Of a stretch of 64,000 nt of DNA, positions 1 to 9,177 are shown piece after piece (position 1 is the first letter of the stretch; the number at the start of each line of letters is the position of its first letter). The translations under genes and the position numbers were made by a program. Where the stretch lies: positions 640,001 through 704,000 of the forward strand of contig CAWDVW010000007.1 of the NCBI GenBank assembly GCA_963805855.1, given 5' to 3'. Origin of the DNA: Candidatus Dadabacteria bacterium (GTDB taxonomy: Bacteria > Desulfobacterota_D > UBA1144 > Nemesobacterales > CSP1-2). Under the pieces are notes generated by a model. It worked only from the letters and a program-made list of their open reading frames with translations, did no database searches and was not told the DNA's origin.

Positions 1-97
1 GGATGTGAGAGATCTAGTAGTTAAGTCGGTAAATGCAAGAAACAACGGAAAGATTTCTCATATTCATTCGAAATGACAGTGATGATTTTCACTCTTC

Positions 98-168
98 TTA
101 ACGCTTCCGGAATTGATTCTGGAAATTTTTTGAATGCCCATTTAAAATCAAAATATTGTCCTCGGATT
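98..168. repeat. Dispersed ~70 bp repeat, copy 1
   Basis: TTAACGCTTCCGGAATTGATTCTGGAAATTTTTTGAATGCCCATTTAA... recurs near-identically at 2777-2849. Confidence 0.85.
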
Positions 169-254
169 ACCTGACATTTACAGCAATCGCCTCCTCGGAT
201 TCCCTCTCATATTGCGCGGGACGCGGTAAGAGTGGATCCCTGATTCGCACGCAC

Positions 255-980
255 TCACGCGTTGAGCTTGTTGGCCAGGTCGATGAAGTCCGTAGCAGTT
301 ACGTCGAATGATGGATCTGTAATAAGATCGGGTTTTCCTTCGGGGCCAAATTCCAGAGGCCGGAGGACGAATGCCGTTTTGAATTTAACCCTCCTTGCTG
401 CATGAAGGTCATCTTTGTGCGCTGCCACCATCATGACCTGCCCCGGCTTTAGCCCCAGCAGATCAGCCGCCGTCTGATAAACCTCTTTATCAGGTTTGTA
501 GTGTTTCGCCAATTCGGACGATAATATACAGTCCCACGGCAGTCCCGCGTTCTTAGCCATGTTGACAAGCAAGGATACGTTGCCGTTGGAGAGAGTCGCC
601 ACAATAAATCGTCGGCGAAGTCTTCTTAGCCCACGAATGGCATCAGGCCACGGCTTTAATCGATGCCATACACGATTCAGATCTTTTTTCTGGGTTTCGC
701 TTAATTCTTTTATATTAAATTCTATAAGAAGGTCATCCAGGATCATGCGATGAATTTCGTCAATATTCATCCATGGCAATTTTCCATCACGAACCTTGTT
801 CATTGCCGGCGCGTAGCCTCGGCGCCAGGCATCGGCAAATTCATCCCAGGCCAAACTTATTCCCTTGGATTTTCCGAGGAGAGTACACTCACGGATTATT
901 GAGGTACGCCAATCGACGACAGTGCCGAACACGTCGAAGGCAAGCGCTTTGATAGAGGATATATCTGTTATTTGTTTCAT
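255..980 (-). CDS. Haloacid dehalogenase type II (HAD superfamily)
   Basis: FDVFGTVVDWR motif I, LSNG motif II, YKP and MVAAHxxDL motifs. Confidence 0.9.
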   Translation of the reverse strand: MKQITDISSIKALAFDVFGTVVDWRTSIIRECTLLGKSKGISLAWDEFADAWRRGYAPAMNKVRDGKLPWMNIDEIHRMILDDLLIEFNIKELSETQKKDLNRVWHRLKPWPDAIRGLRRLRRRFIVATLSNGNVSLLVNMAKNAGLPWDCILSSELAKHYKPDKEVYQTAADLLGLKPGQVMMVAAHKDDLHAARRVKFKTAFVLRPLEFGPEGKPDLITDPSFDVTATDFIDLANKLNA

Positions 981-1090
981 AACTTATTGTTCAAGTTAAC
1001 TCCATCGAAGGGAACAAAGCAATACCAAAAGATGGGATTGTTTCCTAGACCCTGCACTGAGGAATTATGTTAAAAAGGGGTTAGGTACAG

Positions 1091-1138
1091 ACGGTTCCCT
1101 TCTTATAATTAAAAGGAAAAAAATAAGGAGGGAACCGT
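1091..1138 (+). promoter_or_regulatory. Hairpin sequestering the transposase RBS
   Basis: ACGGTTCCCTTCTTAT (1091-1106) pairs with ATAAGGAGGGAACCGT (1123-1138) with one G:U pair; covers AAGGAGG. Confidence 0.75.
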
Positions 1139-1139
1139 A

Positions 1140-2204
1140 ATGAATAGACAAAGTATAGATTACACAAATCAAGATTTTTTTCTAGGCATAGATGTGCATA
1201 AGAAGAGCTGGAAAGTAACGGTGAGGACTAACGGCATGGAGTTAAAGACTTTCTCCATGGATCCATCACCGGAGCAACTGTACGGATATATGCACAAGCG
1301 TTATCCGGGAGGAAACTATCACAGTGTGTATGAAGCAGGATTCTGTGGGTACTGGATTGATCGGGAGTTAAAGAGGTACGGGTTTAACAATATAGTAATC
1401 AATCCGGCAGATGTGCCTAGTACCCAGAAGGAGAAATCGACAAAGACCGACAAGGTGGATAGCCGTAAGCTGGCACGAGAGCTAGAGAATGGGTCATTGA
1501 GAGGGATATATGTACCGGATGAATTTCACCAACAATTGCGATCATTGTGCAGGCTGAGATTTAAGGTGGTACAGTCGCAAACTCGGCTTAAGAATCGGAT
1601 CAAGGGGTATTTAGCATTCTATGGTTATGTCATACCGCGCCATGATGAGATTGGTCACTGGTCTGGGGGATTTATAAGGTGGTTAAAGACATTAGAGTTT
1701 TCATACGGGATGGGTAGGGATTATCTTAGGCTATGTCTCGAGGAGCTAGAAAGTCATCGAAGGCGTTTAGCAGAGGTAGTGAAGTTGGTGCGGAAGTATT
1801 ATCGGGAATACGGGTTTGGGGAAGAGGTAAAGAATCTGCGTAGTGTGCCAGGGGTTGGTTTTGTAACAGCGATGACATTATATGGGGAACTGATGGATAT
1901 GAGTCGGTTCAGGAGTATAGACGATCTTGCTAGTTATGCGGGGTTAGTGCCATCGGTAAGTAGTTCTGGGGAGAGGGAGAGCACTCTGGGGCTCAGCTTT
2001 CGGCGTAACCGGTATTTACGGTACTTACTGATAGAGGCAGCGTGGGTAGCGATACGAGAAGATCCGGCTTTGGGGCATGTGTTTAGTCAATTGATCAGGC
2101 GGATGACCAAGCAGAAAGCGATAGTTCGGATCGCCAAGAAGTTATTGAACAGGATAAGATACGTGTGGAAGAATAAGGAGAGTTATGCTTATGGATTGAT
2201 TTGA
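1140..2204 (+). CDS. IS110-family transposase/recombinase
   Basis: GID18, YE65AG, KTD104KVD107 (DEDD RuvC-like domain); C-terminal SVPGVG and YAGLVPSVSSSG (catalytic Ser region). Confidence 0.96.
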   Translation: MNRQSIDYTNQDFFLGIDVHKKSWKVTVRTNGMELKTFSMDPSPEQLYGYMHKRYPGGNYHSVYEAGFCGYWIDRELKRYGFNNIVINPADVPSTQKEKSTKTDKVDSRKLARELENGSLRGIYVPDEFHQQLRSLCRLRFKVVQSQTRLKNRIKGYLAFYGYVIPRHDEIGHWSGGFIRWLKTLEFSYGMGRDYLRLCLEELESHRRRLAEVVKLVRKYYREYGFGEEVKNLRSVPGVGFVTAMTLYGELMDMSRFRSIDDLASYAGLVPSVSSSGERESTLGLSFRRNRYLRYLLIEAAWVAIREDPALGHVFSQLIRRMTKQKAIVRIAKKLLNRIRYVWKNKESYAYGLI

Positions 2205-2224
2205 TAAGTAATAGGGACTGGATC

Positions 2225-2380
2225 TATGAAATCTCAAACAATAAAGTGTGGACCGCTATCGACTGGCTGCAAAGAAAATGTTTTACTGAGAGTGCGGCCA
2301 CAGGTTTGAGTGGTTTAATGAATTTAATGCAGCACTGCAAAGAGGCAGCTGACTGTTTATAACAGATTGATTCAAGATAG
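2225..2380 (+). ncRNA. Putative bridge/seek RNA of the IS110 element (ends approximate)
   Basis: Two stem-enclosed internal loops whose segments match the target site and the element end (see findings). Confidence 0.8.
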
Positions 2381-2465
2381 GATTTATTTACACATGAGAT
2401 ACATTACATAAAAAAGCACGAAGGGATTCGTTTGTTCAAAGTTAAAGTTTTCCCTAACATAACCC

Positions 2466-2471
2466 TTGACT
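2466..2471 (+). promoter_or_regulatory. Outward-facing -35 (TTGACT) of the circle-junction promoter
   Basis: Joining the element ends places it exactly 17 bp from TATGTT (1066-1071). Confidence 0.7.
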
Positions 2472-2571
2472 TTTTACATAACAGCCAGTCGAAGTGCTCA
2501 CAATTGTAGATGTTAGATATTTCGTGGACAAAATCTAAAAAATAACAAATTTTCTGGAAATTTATTCATCC

Positions 2572-2870
2572 GTCATCCTCGAATGTTCCCCGCCAGGATC
2601 ATGCCGGGACAAGCTTAATCGGGGATCCATCGTTTAATTTTTTATTTTCTTTGTCTTGATACAAAGAAACAACCCTTCGACTGTGCTCAGGACAAGGGCT
2701 GTCAAAAAATTAGGAATTATTAAATCAATTCCTACAGCTAAAAATATTTAATCCAACCACAACCCCAAATCTTTTTTTAACGCTTCCGGAATTGATTCTG
2801 GTAATTTTTTGAATGCCCATTTAACATCTAAAATACTATCCCCGAATTATGTAAAATCCAGAGCAATGAC
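2572..2870. repeat. Composite of nested REP-like palindromes plus copy 2 of the ~70 bp repeat (2777-2849)
   Basis: GTCATCCTCGA...TCGGGGATCC; TTTCTTTGT..ACAAAGAAA; CCCTTCGACTGTGCTCAGGA (2673-2692). Confidence 0.65.
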
Positions 2871-2913
2871 AGTATATACGAAACGATGTGGCAAGTTGAA
2901 AGGAGTTCGCGAG

Positions 2914-3357
2914 TTAACCTTTGCCTATACTCATATTTCTTTTCTTTTCTACTTTTGAACTGAACCTTTCGGCATCCACTATGAATCTCTCGTGTGTCCC
3001 CTCCGAGATGACATCAACTCCGTCGCTTGCAACGATAGAAAAGGTAAGCTTCCTTCCTTCGATTTTTATAAGTTCTCCTTTAACCTTGACCGTCAATCCG
3101 TAAGGGGTAACGGCAGAATGACTAAGTTTTACGTCAATCCCCACCGATTGTTCCCTCGGCCAATCTATATACCCATTGATGAACTTAATGCACGCCCACT
3201 CGATCAAGCCTATCATATATCCAGTAGCCAGCACTTTCGGCATCATTTGAAACTCCTCAGATTCAGGATAGAGGTATGGAACCGTCTTCGTCTCGGGAAT
3301 CGTAAAACCAAATTCAAAGGTCAACCCAGGTTTCAATGAATCATTCATACGTTGCAT
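2914..3357 (-). CDS. Hotdog-fold thioesterase, fluoroacetyl-CoA thioesterase (FlK)-like
   Basis: VLATGYMIGLIEWAC, SVGIDVKLSH and GTHERF motifs (Thr/Glu/His). Confidence 0.85.
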   Translation of the reverse strand: MQRMNDSLKPGLTFEFGFTIPETKTVPYLYPESEEFQMMPKVLATGYMIGLIEWACIKFINGYIDWPREQSVGIDVKLSHSAVTPYGLTVKVKGELIKIEGRKLTFSIVASDGVDVISEGTHERFIVDAERFSSKVEKKRNMSIGKG

Positions 3358-3559
3358 CTCCCATAAGTTTTGATCGTCATGTCATTTGCCCTGATCTTGT
3401 ACTTAAATAATAACGGGTGGAAATTCCATCTGCCGAATTAAAGGGCATGATATACTAAGGATTATAAGTGGGCAAGTGGTAATATCAGCGTCGAAATCTA
3501 TGTTGGATTTGCCATTTCCAACTTTGGGAGACATAATGGCGCGTCTTCGAGAAGATAAA

Positions 3560-3856
3560 ATGATACAGGCAAAGACAACCCGCCAAGAGATCACAGACGA
3601 GCTTCTCTCGGGATTGAGGACGATAAGGGACCTGTCTCAGACACTGGGCATTTCAGAAAAAGAGGTAATTACCCACCTACCTCATGTAAGGCAATCCGCA
3701 AAGCATAAGGGATATGAATTTGTTATTGAACCCTCCAAGTGTTTAAAATGCGGATTCATATTTGAACATCGGGAGAGGTGGGCTAAGCCGAGCAGATGTC
3801 CAAAGTGTAAGGAGGAGAAGATAACTACTCCGATATTTAGGCTAACCTCTAGGTAA
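3560..3856 (+). CDS. HTH plus Zn-ribbon predicted transcriptional regulator
   Basis: TTRQEI...HLPHV HTH region, CxxCGF and PSRCPKC; start moved to the ATG at 3560. Confidence 0.8.
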   Translation: MIQAKTTRQEITDELLSGLRTIRDLSQTLGISEKEVITHLPHVRQSAKHKGYEFVIEPSKCLKCGFIFEHRERWAKPSRCPKCKEEKITTPIFRLTSR

Positions 3857-3984
3857 AATTAATAGAGAATTTTACGATGCGTCGTGCCGCGATCAGGACT
3901 GTAGCAGATTTGCAATTCTAGGAGCCAGCAGAATCTTTAAATGTCTTTTGCTCCGATATCCTACGCTTCTTTCTAACTTCTTTG

Positions 3985-4155
3985 CCGTGATACTGAAACG
4001 AGTTCAGCACAGGTACAATGAAGCAACCCTTCGCTTTGCTCAGGACGCGGCTAACAAACAGTCTGATTATAAATTTTACACGTTAATTTGAATCCCCGAT
4101 AACTATCCTCGGGGATGCCAGGCCTGAGATTGCGCCGCTCTTCGTCGCGATCGAC
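3985..4155. repeat. Cluster of REP-like palindromes
   Basis: CTGAAACGAGTTCAG; CCCTTCGCTTTGCTCAGGA (4027-4045); ATCCCCGA...TCGGGGAT. Confidence 0.55.
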
Positions 4156-4250
4156 TGTGTTTGTGAATGATTGCATAGGATAAATTGGAATACGCAATTA
4201 TTCTCAGGTACCTTTCAACAAATTGATGAGAAAAACTTAGGAGGTTAGAT

Positions 4251-4976
4251 ATGGCCACAGTTACAGAAATTGCCCCTGATGTTTATCGCATCTCAATATA
4301 TGTTGGGGACTTTGACTTACAATTTAACCATTTTCTTGTAAGGGATGAAGAACCCCTGCTTTATCATGCAGGGATGCGAAAGATGTTCCCCGAATTGCAC
4401 GAAGCTGTATCAAGCTTGATTGATCCAAAGACCATACGTTGGATAAGCTGGAGCCATTTCGAGGTTGACGAATGTGGTGGTCTTAACGAATGGTTGAAAG
4501 CGGCGCCACAAGCAGAGCCAGCCTGCAGTGTTGTTGGGGCTCTAGTAAACATTAGTGACTTTGCGATTCGCCCGGCGAAGGGCCTCCAGAAAGACGATGT
4601 CCTGACTACCGGAAAATATCGCTTCCGATACGTCTCAACCCCTCACCTACCCCATGGCTGGGACGCAGGATCACTATTTGAAGAAAAAAACGGCACACTG
4701 TTCTGCTCTGACCTCTTTCATCAAATTGGCAAAGTAGAGCCTGTCACGGAGTCCGACGAAATCCTTGAACGGACGCGGAAGGCTATCATTGAGTATCAGG
4801 CAGGGCCACTGATGGACTATCTACCTTACACTAAAAACACCAAACAACTCTTGTATCAGCTGGCCGACTTAAAGCCCAAAACACTGGCAACTATGCACGG
4901 TTCGAGCTTTAATGGTAATTGCGAACGACTACTGCATGAACTGGATCCAGTGCTCAAAGATGTATTCGGAACCTAA
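4251..4976 (+). CDS. Metallo-beta-lactamase-fold protein (FprA N-terminal/ODP-like)
   Basis: [36 protein letters not shown]. Confidence 0.85.
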   Translation: MATVTEIAPDVYRISIYVGDFDLQFNHFLVRDEEPLLYHAGMRKMFPELHEAVSSLIDPKTIRWISWSHFEVDECGGLNEWLKAAPQAEPACSVVGALVNISDFAIRPAKGLQKDDVLTTGKYRFRYVSTPHLPHGWDAGSLFEEKNGTLFCSDLFHQIGKVEPVTESDEILERTRKAIIEYQAGPLMDYLPYTKNTKQLLYQLADLKPKTLATMHGSSFNGNCERLLHELDPVLKDVFGT

Positions 4977-4986
4977 AAATGGAAAA

Positions 4987-5032
4987 ATAGGTGACAGACA
5001 CTTGTTTACTGAAAAAAGTGTCTGTCACCTAT
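4987..5032. repeat. Perfect 17 bp inverted repeat (REP-like or terminator)
   Basis: ATAGGTGACAGACACTT-N12-AAGTGTCTGTCACCTAT directly after a stop codon. Confidence 0.8.
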
Positions 5033-5153
5033 CTCGAAGTGAATCAAATAGTAATTCTATCCGAGTTAAAGCTGAATTCTCTAATCTATAGAAAAGCGAC
5101 GAGGCTCAGTATATTGGCAAATATCTCACTGTTAGTTATAATCGTACCCCGTC

Positions 5154-6179
5154 ATGCGTATCGAACTCCTTAAGCAGCTCTGCGAGACCCCGGGGCTTCC
5201 CGGAGCCGAAGAGCCTGTAAAAGAAATCGTTATTTCAAACCTGAAAGAGTTCACACAGGAAATAACGGAAGACACACTGGGTAATGTTATCGCACACATT
5301 CCCGGAATTGGGCCAAGGCTCGTGATGGATGCGCATATGGATGAAGTGGGGTTTATGGTAAATCACATAGACCAGCGGGGTTTTCTGAGACTTACACCAC
5401 TCGGCGGTGTCGACCAGAGGGTATTCTATGGTCAAAGATTACTCATCTGGGGGAAAAGACCCCTCGTCGGGATGGTTGCGGCAATACCACCTCATATCAG
5501 CAGGAATTCGAGTGACAAAGAGGTCCCGGAGGTAGAGGATTGTGTGATAGATCTAGGGCTTTCGGACGAAAAGGTAAAGGATCAGGTTAAAATAGGTGAT
5601 GTCGTTTCTTACTATTCTCCATTTGAAGAAACCGAGGATGCTATCATCTCGAAGGCAATCGACGACAGGGTCGGCCTATTTGTCATACTAGAGGCACTTA
5701 GAAGAAAACCAAATTTAGCCTGCGACCTCTACGTGACAGCATCCGTACAGGAAGAGGTTGGGCTACGGGGGGCAAGGGTAATCGTCCCCGTCTATGAGCC
5801 CGATTTTGTCCTAGCGTTGGAGGGGACAGTCTCTATGGATTTCCCAGGAACCCCTGAACATAAGAAATTGGCAAGGGTTGGAAAAGGGCCTGAAATAAGG
5901 CTTTCGGACAGATTCCTCGTTGCCAACAGACCGTTTAGCTTCTTTATCACGGATCTTGCAGAAAAGAACAGAATCCCCTATCAGGTTACTGTAAAGAAAG
6001 CGGGAAGCACAAACGCAACGGCCATGCAGGTTACGGGTAAAGGGAGCCGCGCAGCGGTCATATCAGTGCCAGTGCGTTATCTCCACAGCCCGAGCAACTT
6101 AGCATTTAAAAGCGATATTGAATCGACCATTAGCCTGGTCTTCAAGGTCTTAGAGAACTTAGGGAATTTTAGATTATAA
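5154..6179 (+). CDS. M42 family metallopeptidase
   Basis: AHMDEVG, KAIDDR, QEEVGLRGA, RYLHS. Confidence 0.93.
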   Translation: MRIELLKQLCETPGLPGAEEPVKEIVISNLKEFTQEITEDTLGNVIAHIPGIGPRLVMDAHMDEVGFMVNHIDQRGFLRLTPLGGVDQRVFYGQRLLIWGKRPLVGMVAAIPPHISRNSSDKEVPEVEDCVIDLGLSDEKVKDQVKIGDVVSYYSPFEETEDAIISKAIDDRVGLFVILEALRRKPNLACDLYVTASVQEEVGLRGARVIVPVYEPDFVLALEGTVSMDFPGTPEHKKLARVGKGPEIRLSDRFLVANRPFSFFITDLAEKNRIPYQVTVKKAGSTNATAMQVTGKGSRAAVISVPVRYLHSPSNLAFKSDIESTISLVFKVLENLGNFRL

Positions 6180-6192
6180 TCTATAAATCAAA

Positions 6193-7029
6193 ATGCTTGA
6201 GGATTACAGTCAAAGGCCCAAGTCATTTTTCAAGATTCTCTCCTTGTTCCTTATTTCCCTACTACTCCATGTCAACCTATCATTCTCTAAAGAATTTGTC
6301 TCACTGCCATCGGATACTCAATCAAATCCGAATCTAGAGAAGGCTAAATCCATTTTTCTTAACTATCATAAAAATCCTATGCTTCTCGACGAGACGATTG
6401 GAATTCTTAAAGGGATAGTAAAGCAGACTCCCACAGACGTTGACACATTAATATTTCTATCAAGGGTTTGGTTGACATACGGATTTGTGAAGGCGAAAAA
6501 CAAAGAAGAGAGAATATCTGCTTTCAGAAATGGCAAGGAGATCGCGCAAAAGGCGATAGATATCTCACCCGACAATCCCGACGCTCACTTCTTCTTTGTC
6601 GCAAACCTCTCCACGTTGGGACAGACGCAGGGCATCGTGAATTCACTCTTCATGCTACCCCGCGTCAGGAAGGAAATCGACACCATCCTGGAGCTTGATC
6701 CAGATCATGCGTATGGAATCGCAATGCAGGGATTATTATTTACTTACCTACCTCCTATACTGGGGGGAGATCTTAAGATCGGGGAAAGCTACCTCAGAAG
6801 ATCCGTGATTCTCGACCCACATACCTCTTCCACAAAGATCTATCTGGGTATAAACCTGAAAAGGCAAAAGAGATACGATGAAGCGAAAGAGGTTTTCAAA
6901 GAGATTATCGATGAGAAAAATCCAAAGGTTTATCCCGATTGGTACATTAACCGGAGATGGGCAAGATGGTGGATAGCAAGATTAAACGAAAAAATTAAAA
7001 ACGAAAAGGATCGATCCGCTTCAAAATAA
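6193..7029 (+). CDS. Exported TPR protein
   Basis: Hydrophobic N-terminal segment; TPR-like repeats (AIDISPDNPDAHFF, ILELDPDH). Confidence 0.75.
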   Translation: MLEDYSQRPKSFFKILSLFLISLLLHVNLSFSKEFVSLPSDTQSNPNLEKAKSIFLNYHKNPMLLDETIGILKGIVKQTPTDVDTLIFLSRVWLTYGFVKAKNKEERISAFRNGKEIAQKAIDISPDNPDAHFFFVANLSTLGQTQGIVNSLFMLPRVRKEIDTILELDPDHAYGIAMQGLLFTYLPPILGGDLKIGESYLRRSVILDPHTSSTKIYLGINLKRQKRYDEAKEVFKEIIDEKNPKVYPDWYINRRWARWWIARLNEKIKNEKDRSASK

Positions 7030-7095
7030 TTATCAACTTAATCTCACATTTTCATAACTATCTTTTAATTGTTTCAGGTATATTAAATATCAGAA

Positions 7096-7446
7096 ATGTA
7101 TAAAGAGAACTTGGCCATTATTTTCGAAAATACCGTTGTTAAATGCGCCGATGTCAACGTGGAAGACCTGAAAGAGCATCTCATTCGAACAATTGAAAGA
7201 AAAAAATATGATTTACAGGATCAGGGAATAATTGAAGCAATACTGGAGGATGGTGAAAAAACCTTTGAGAATTCATTCAGCGAAAACCTTGAGCAATATA
7301 TAGACGATCTTGATTCAAAGCATGATCTCGGGAATTATCTGAGATCCGATGAAGCTAAAAACGAAATAGTTGAAATGTTCATATCCGACCTTGAACAGCT
7401 CATTAATTATTTCTATAACATGCTGATAAATAAACACTTCACGTAG
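7096..7446 (+). CDS. Hypothetical acidic protein
   Basis: 116 aa ATG ORF with helical acidic composition, fills the intergenic space. Confidence 0.7.
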   Translation: MYKENLAIIFENTVVKCADVNVEDLKEHLIRTIERKKYDLQDQGIIEAILEDGEKTFENSFSENLEQYIDDLDSKHDLGNYLRSDEAKNEIVEMFISDLEQLINYFYNMLINKHFT

Positions 7447-7792
7447 TGATTAAGCATTTCGTCTCAAAACCGAATTGAATCAATACTTTTCCTTTCCATT
7501 TAAAAACAATTTTTGATGCTTTTAAGTCGTTGATAAAAGCCTTCATCGGAAAATTATTGGCAAAGGTGCTTTTTACTAAAATTCTCTGGAGCAAGCTACT
7601 CGGAACTTGCTATTTAAAAGACTTCTCCTATCCTGGACTAGGATGTCCCGACTATCGGAGACAATATTCACTTTTCAATAAACAGGCATTTACAAAATCT
7701 GTAAAAAAATGCATATATATAACATCTATTTATTTACATGCTTTTAATTTTCATAATATGTGTTAAAAATAATTAACTAAAAGGAGAGGCAT

Positions 7793-8161
7793 TTGATTTC
7801 CTATATCAATCTTATCATTTACTTTTGTGTAGTGCTGATCTTTGCAGTCCTAACTCTATTTGTTGCAAAGCTAATCAGATTCAGAGACCCCAGGTATAAC
7901 CCGGTAAAGCTCCAACCCTATGAATGCGGAGAAGATCCAATTGGAGATGCGTGGGTTCGATTCCCGGTTTCATTTTATCTGATCGCGCTTGTGTTTGTTT
8001 TATTCGATGTCGAGGCAGCTTTTATTTTCCCGTGGGTATTAGCATTGCCTAAGTTGGGTATTCTTGCTTTCATAGAGATGCTTATCTTTCTCGTTATTCT
8101 CTTTCTTGGATGGATTTATGCCTTTAAAAAGGGGGCCCTTAGATGGGAGCGCAACCAGTAA
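7793..8161 (+). CDS. nuoA: NADH-quinone oxidoreductase subunit A
   Basis: YECG, FDVE, KKGALRW; TTG start after AGGAG. Confidence 0.95.
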   Translation: MISYINLIIYFCVVLIFAVLTLFVAKLIRFRDPRYNPVKLQPYECGEDPIGDAWVRFPVSFYLIALVFVLFDVEAAFIFPWVLALPKLGILAFIEMLIFLVILFLGWIYAFKKGALRWERNQ

Positions 8162-9177
8162 ACGACGGTAAAGAAAATCCCAGGCTTGGACTGGAGGAGC
8201 TTGGGGATTTAATACATGTTCCGGGTGCAAATATATTTTTAACTTCCACCAAGAAGATATTGTTCTGGGCCGAGAAATCGAGCCTCTGGCCCCTGACGTT
8301 TGGTCTCGCCTGTTGCGCGATTGAAATGATGGCAACATTCGCATCCAGGTTTGACCTCGATCGCTTTGGCATCATCACTAGGGCATCCCCGCGGCAATCA
8401 GATTTAATGATAATCGCGGGGACCGTAACAGTCAAAATGGCCGAGCGCATAAGGAAGCTGTACGACCAGATGCCCTACCCGAAATGGGTAATCGCCGCGG
8501 GAAGCTGTGCGATATCGGGCGATCACTATCGTCATATATACAGTGTAGTTCCCGGGGTAGACTGGGTAATTCCCGTGGACGTATACGTCGCTGGCTGTCC
8601 ACCAAACCCTGAGGCTTTTATGGAAGGTATTTTAAAGCTTCAAGAAATTATTTCCAATGAAGACACAAATCCGCATTTTAATATCGCATCGAAGGAAATC
8701 GTCAGCGAGGAGACCACAGAGCCTAAACAAAAAAAACTACCCGACCTGCCGCGGTCCGGAGATTATGTCTCACCTGACGAAGTGCTTCAAAAAGCACAAA
8801 CCCTGAAAAACGATGGGTTTGAATATTTATCATTCGTAACCGCCGTCGACTATGGCAACATACTCGACGTTATATACCAAGTACACTCCATCAACAAAGG
8901 TGAGGATAGAATCTTTAAGGTCGCTCTTGATCCTTCAAACCCCAGATTACCGTCTATAACCACAATATACAAAGGGGCAAACTGGCTTGAAAGAGAGGTT
9001 TTTGATCTTTTTGGCGTTAATTTTACAGACCATCCGGATCTCAGAAGAATCCTTCTTCCAGAATATTGGGAGGGACACCCATTGAAAAAGAACTATGCAA
9101 TGGATACTTCAAGGCTACCCTACCGTCCGCTAAGAAAGGAGTACGAAGCTTGGAAGGAAATGTTGAAGAAAGGATAA
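8143..9177 (+). CDS. nuoBC: Fused NADH-quinone oxidoreductase subunits B/C
   Basis: GLACCAIEM and GCPP (NuoB) followed in frame by EREVFDLFG and [10 protein letters not shown] (NuoC). Confidence 0.92.
   Translation: MGAQPVNDGKENPRLGLEELGDLIHVPGANIFLTSTKKILFWAEKSSLWPLTFGLACCAIEMMATFASRFDLDRFGIITRASPRQSDLMIIAGTVTVKMAERIRKLYDQMPYPKWVIAAGSCAISGDHYRHIYSVVPGVDWVIPVDVYVAGCPPNPEAFMEGILKLQEIISNEDTNPHFNIASKEIVSEETTEPKQKKLPDLPRSGDYVSPDEVLQKAQTLKNDGFEYLSFVTAVDYGNILDVIYQVHSINKGEDRIFKVALDPSNPRLPSITTIYKGANWLEREVFDLFGVNFTDHPDLRRILLPEYWEGHPLKKNYAMDTSRLPYRPLRKEYEAWKEMLKKG

Larger units (their letters stand above)
1062..2484 (+). mobile_element. IS110-family (IS1111-type) insertion sequence
   Basis: DEDD transposase; subterminal inverted repeats TTATGTTAAAAAG (1065-1077) and CTTTTTACATAA (2470-2481); AG core at both junctions (1060-1061, 2483-2484); long 3' non-coding end. 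Confidence 0.9.

Noticed and set aside
4991-5173. 60 aa ORF
   Set aside because: Starts inside the inverted repeat; no protein-like features
7530-7766. 78 aa TTG ORF upstream of nuoA
   Set aside because: No RBS or recognisable motif; occupies the probable promoter region
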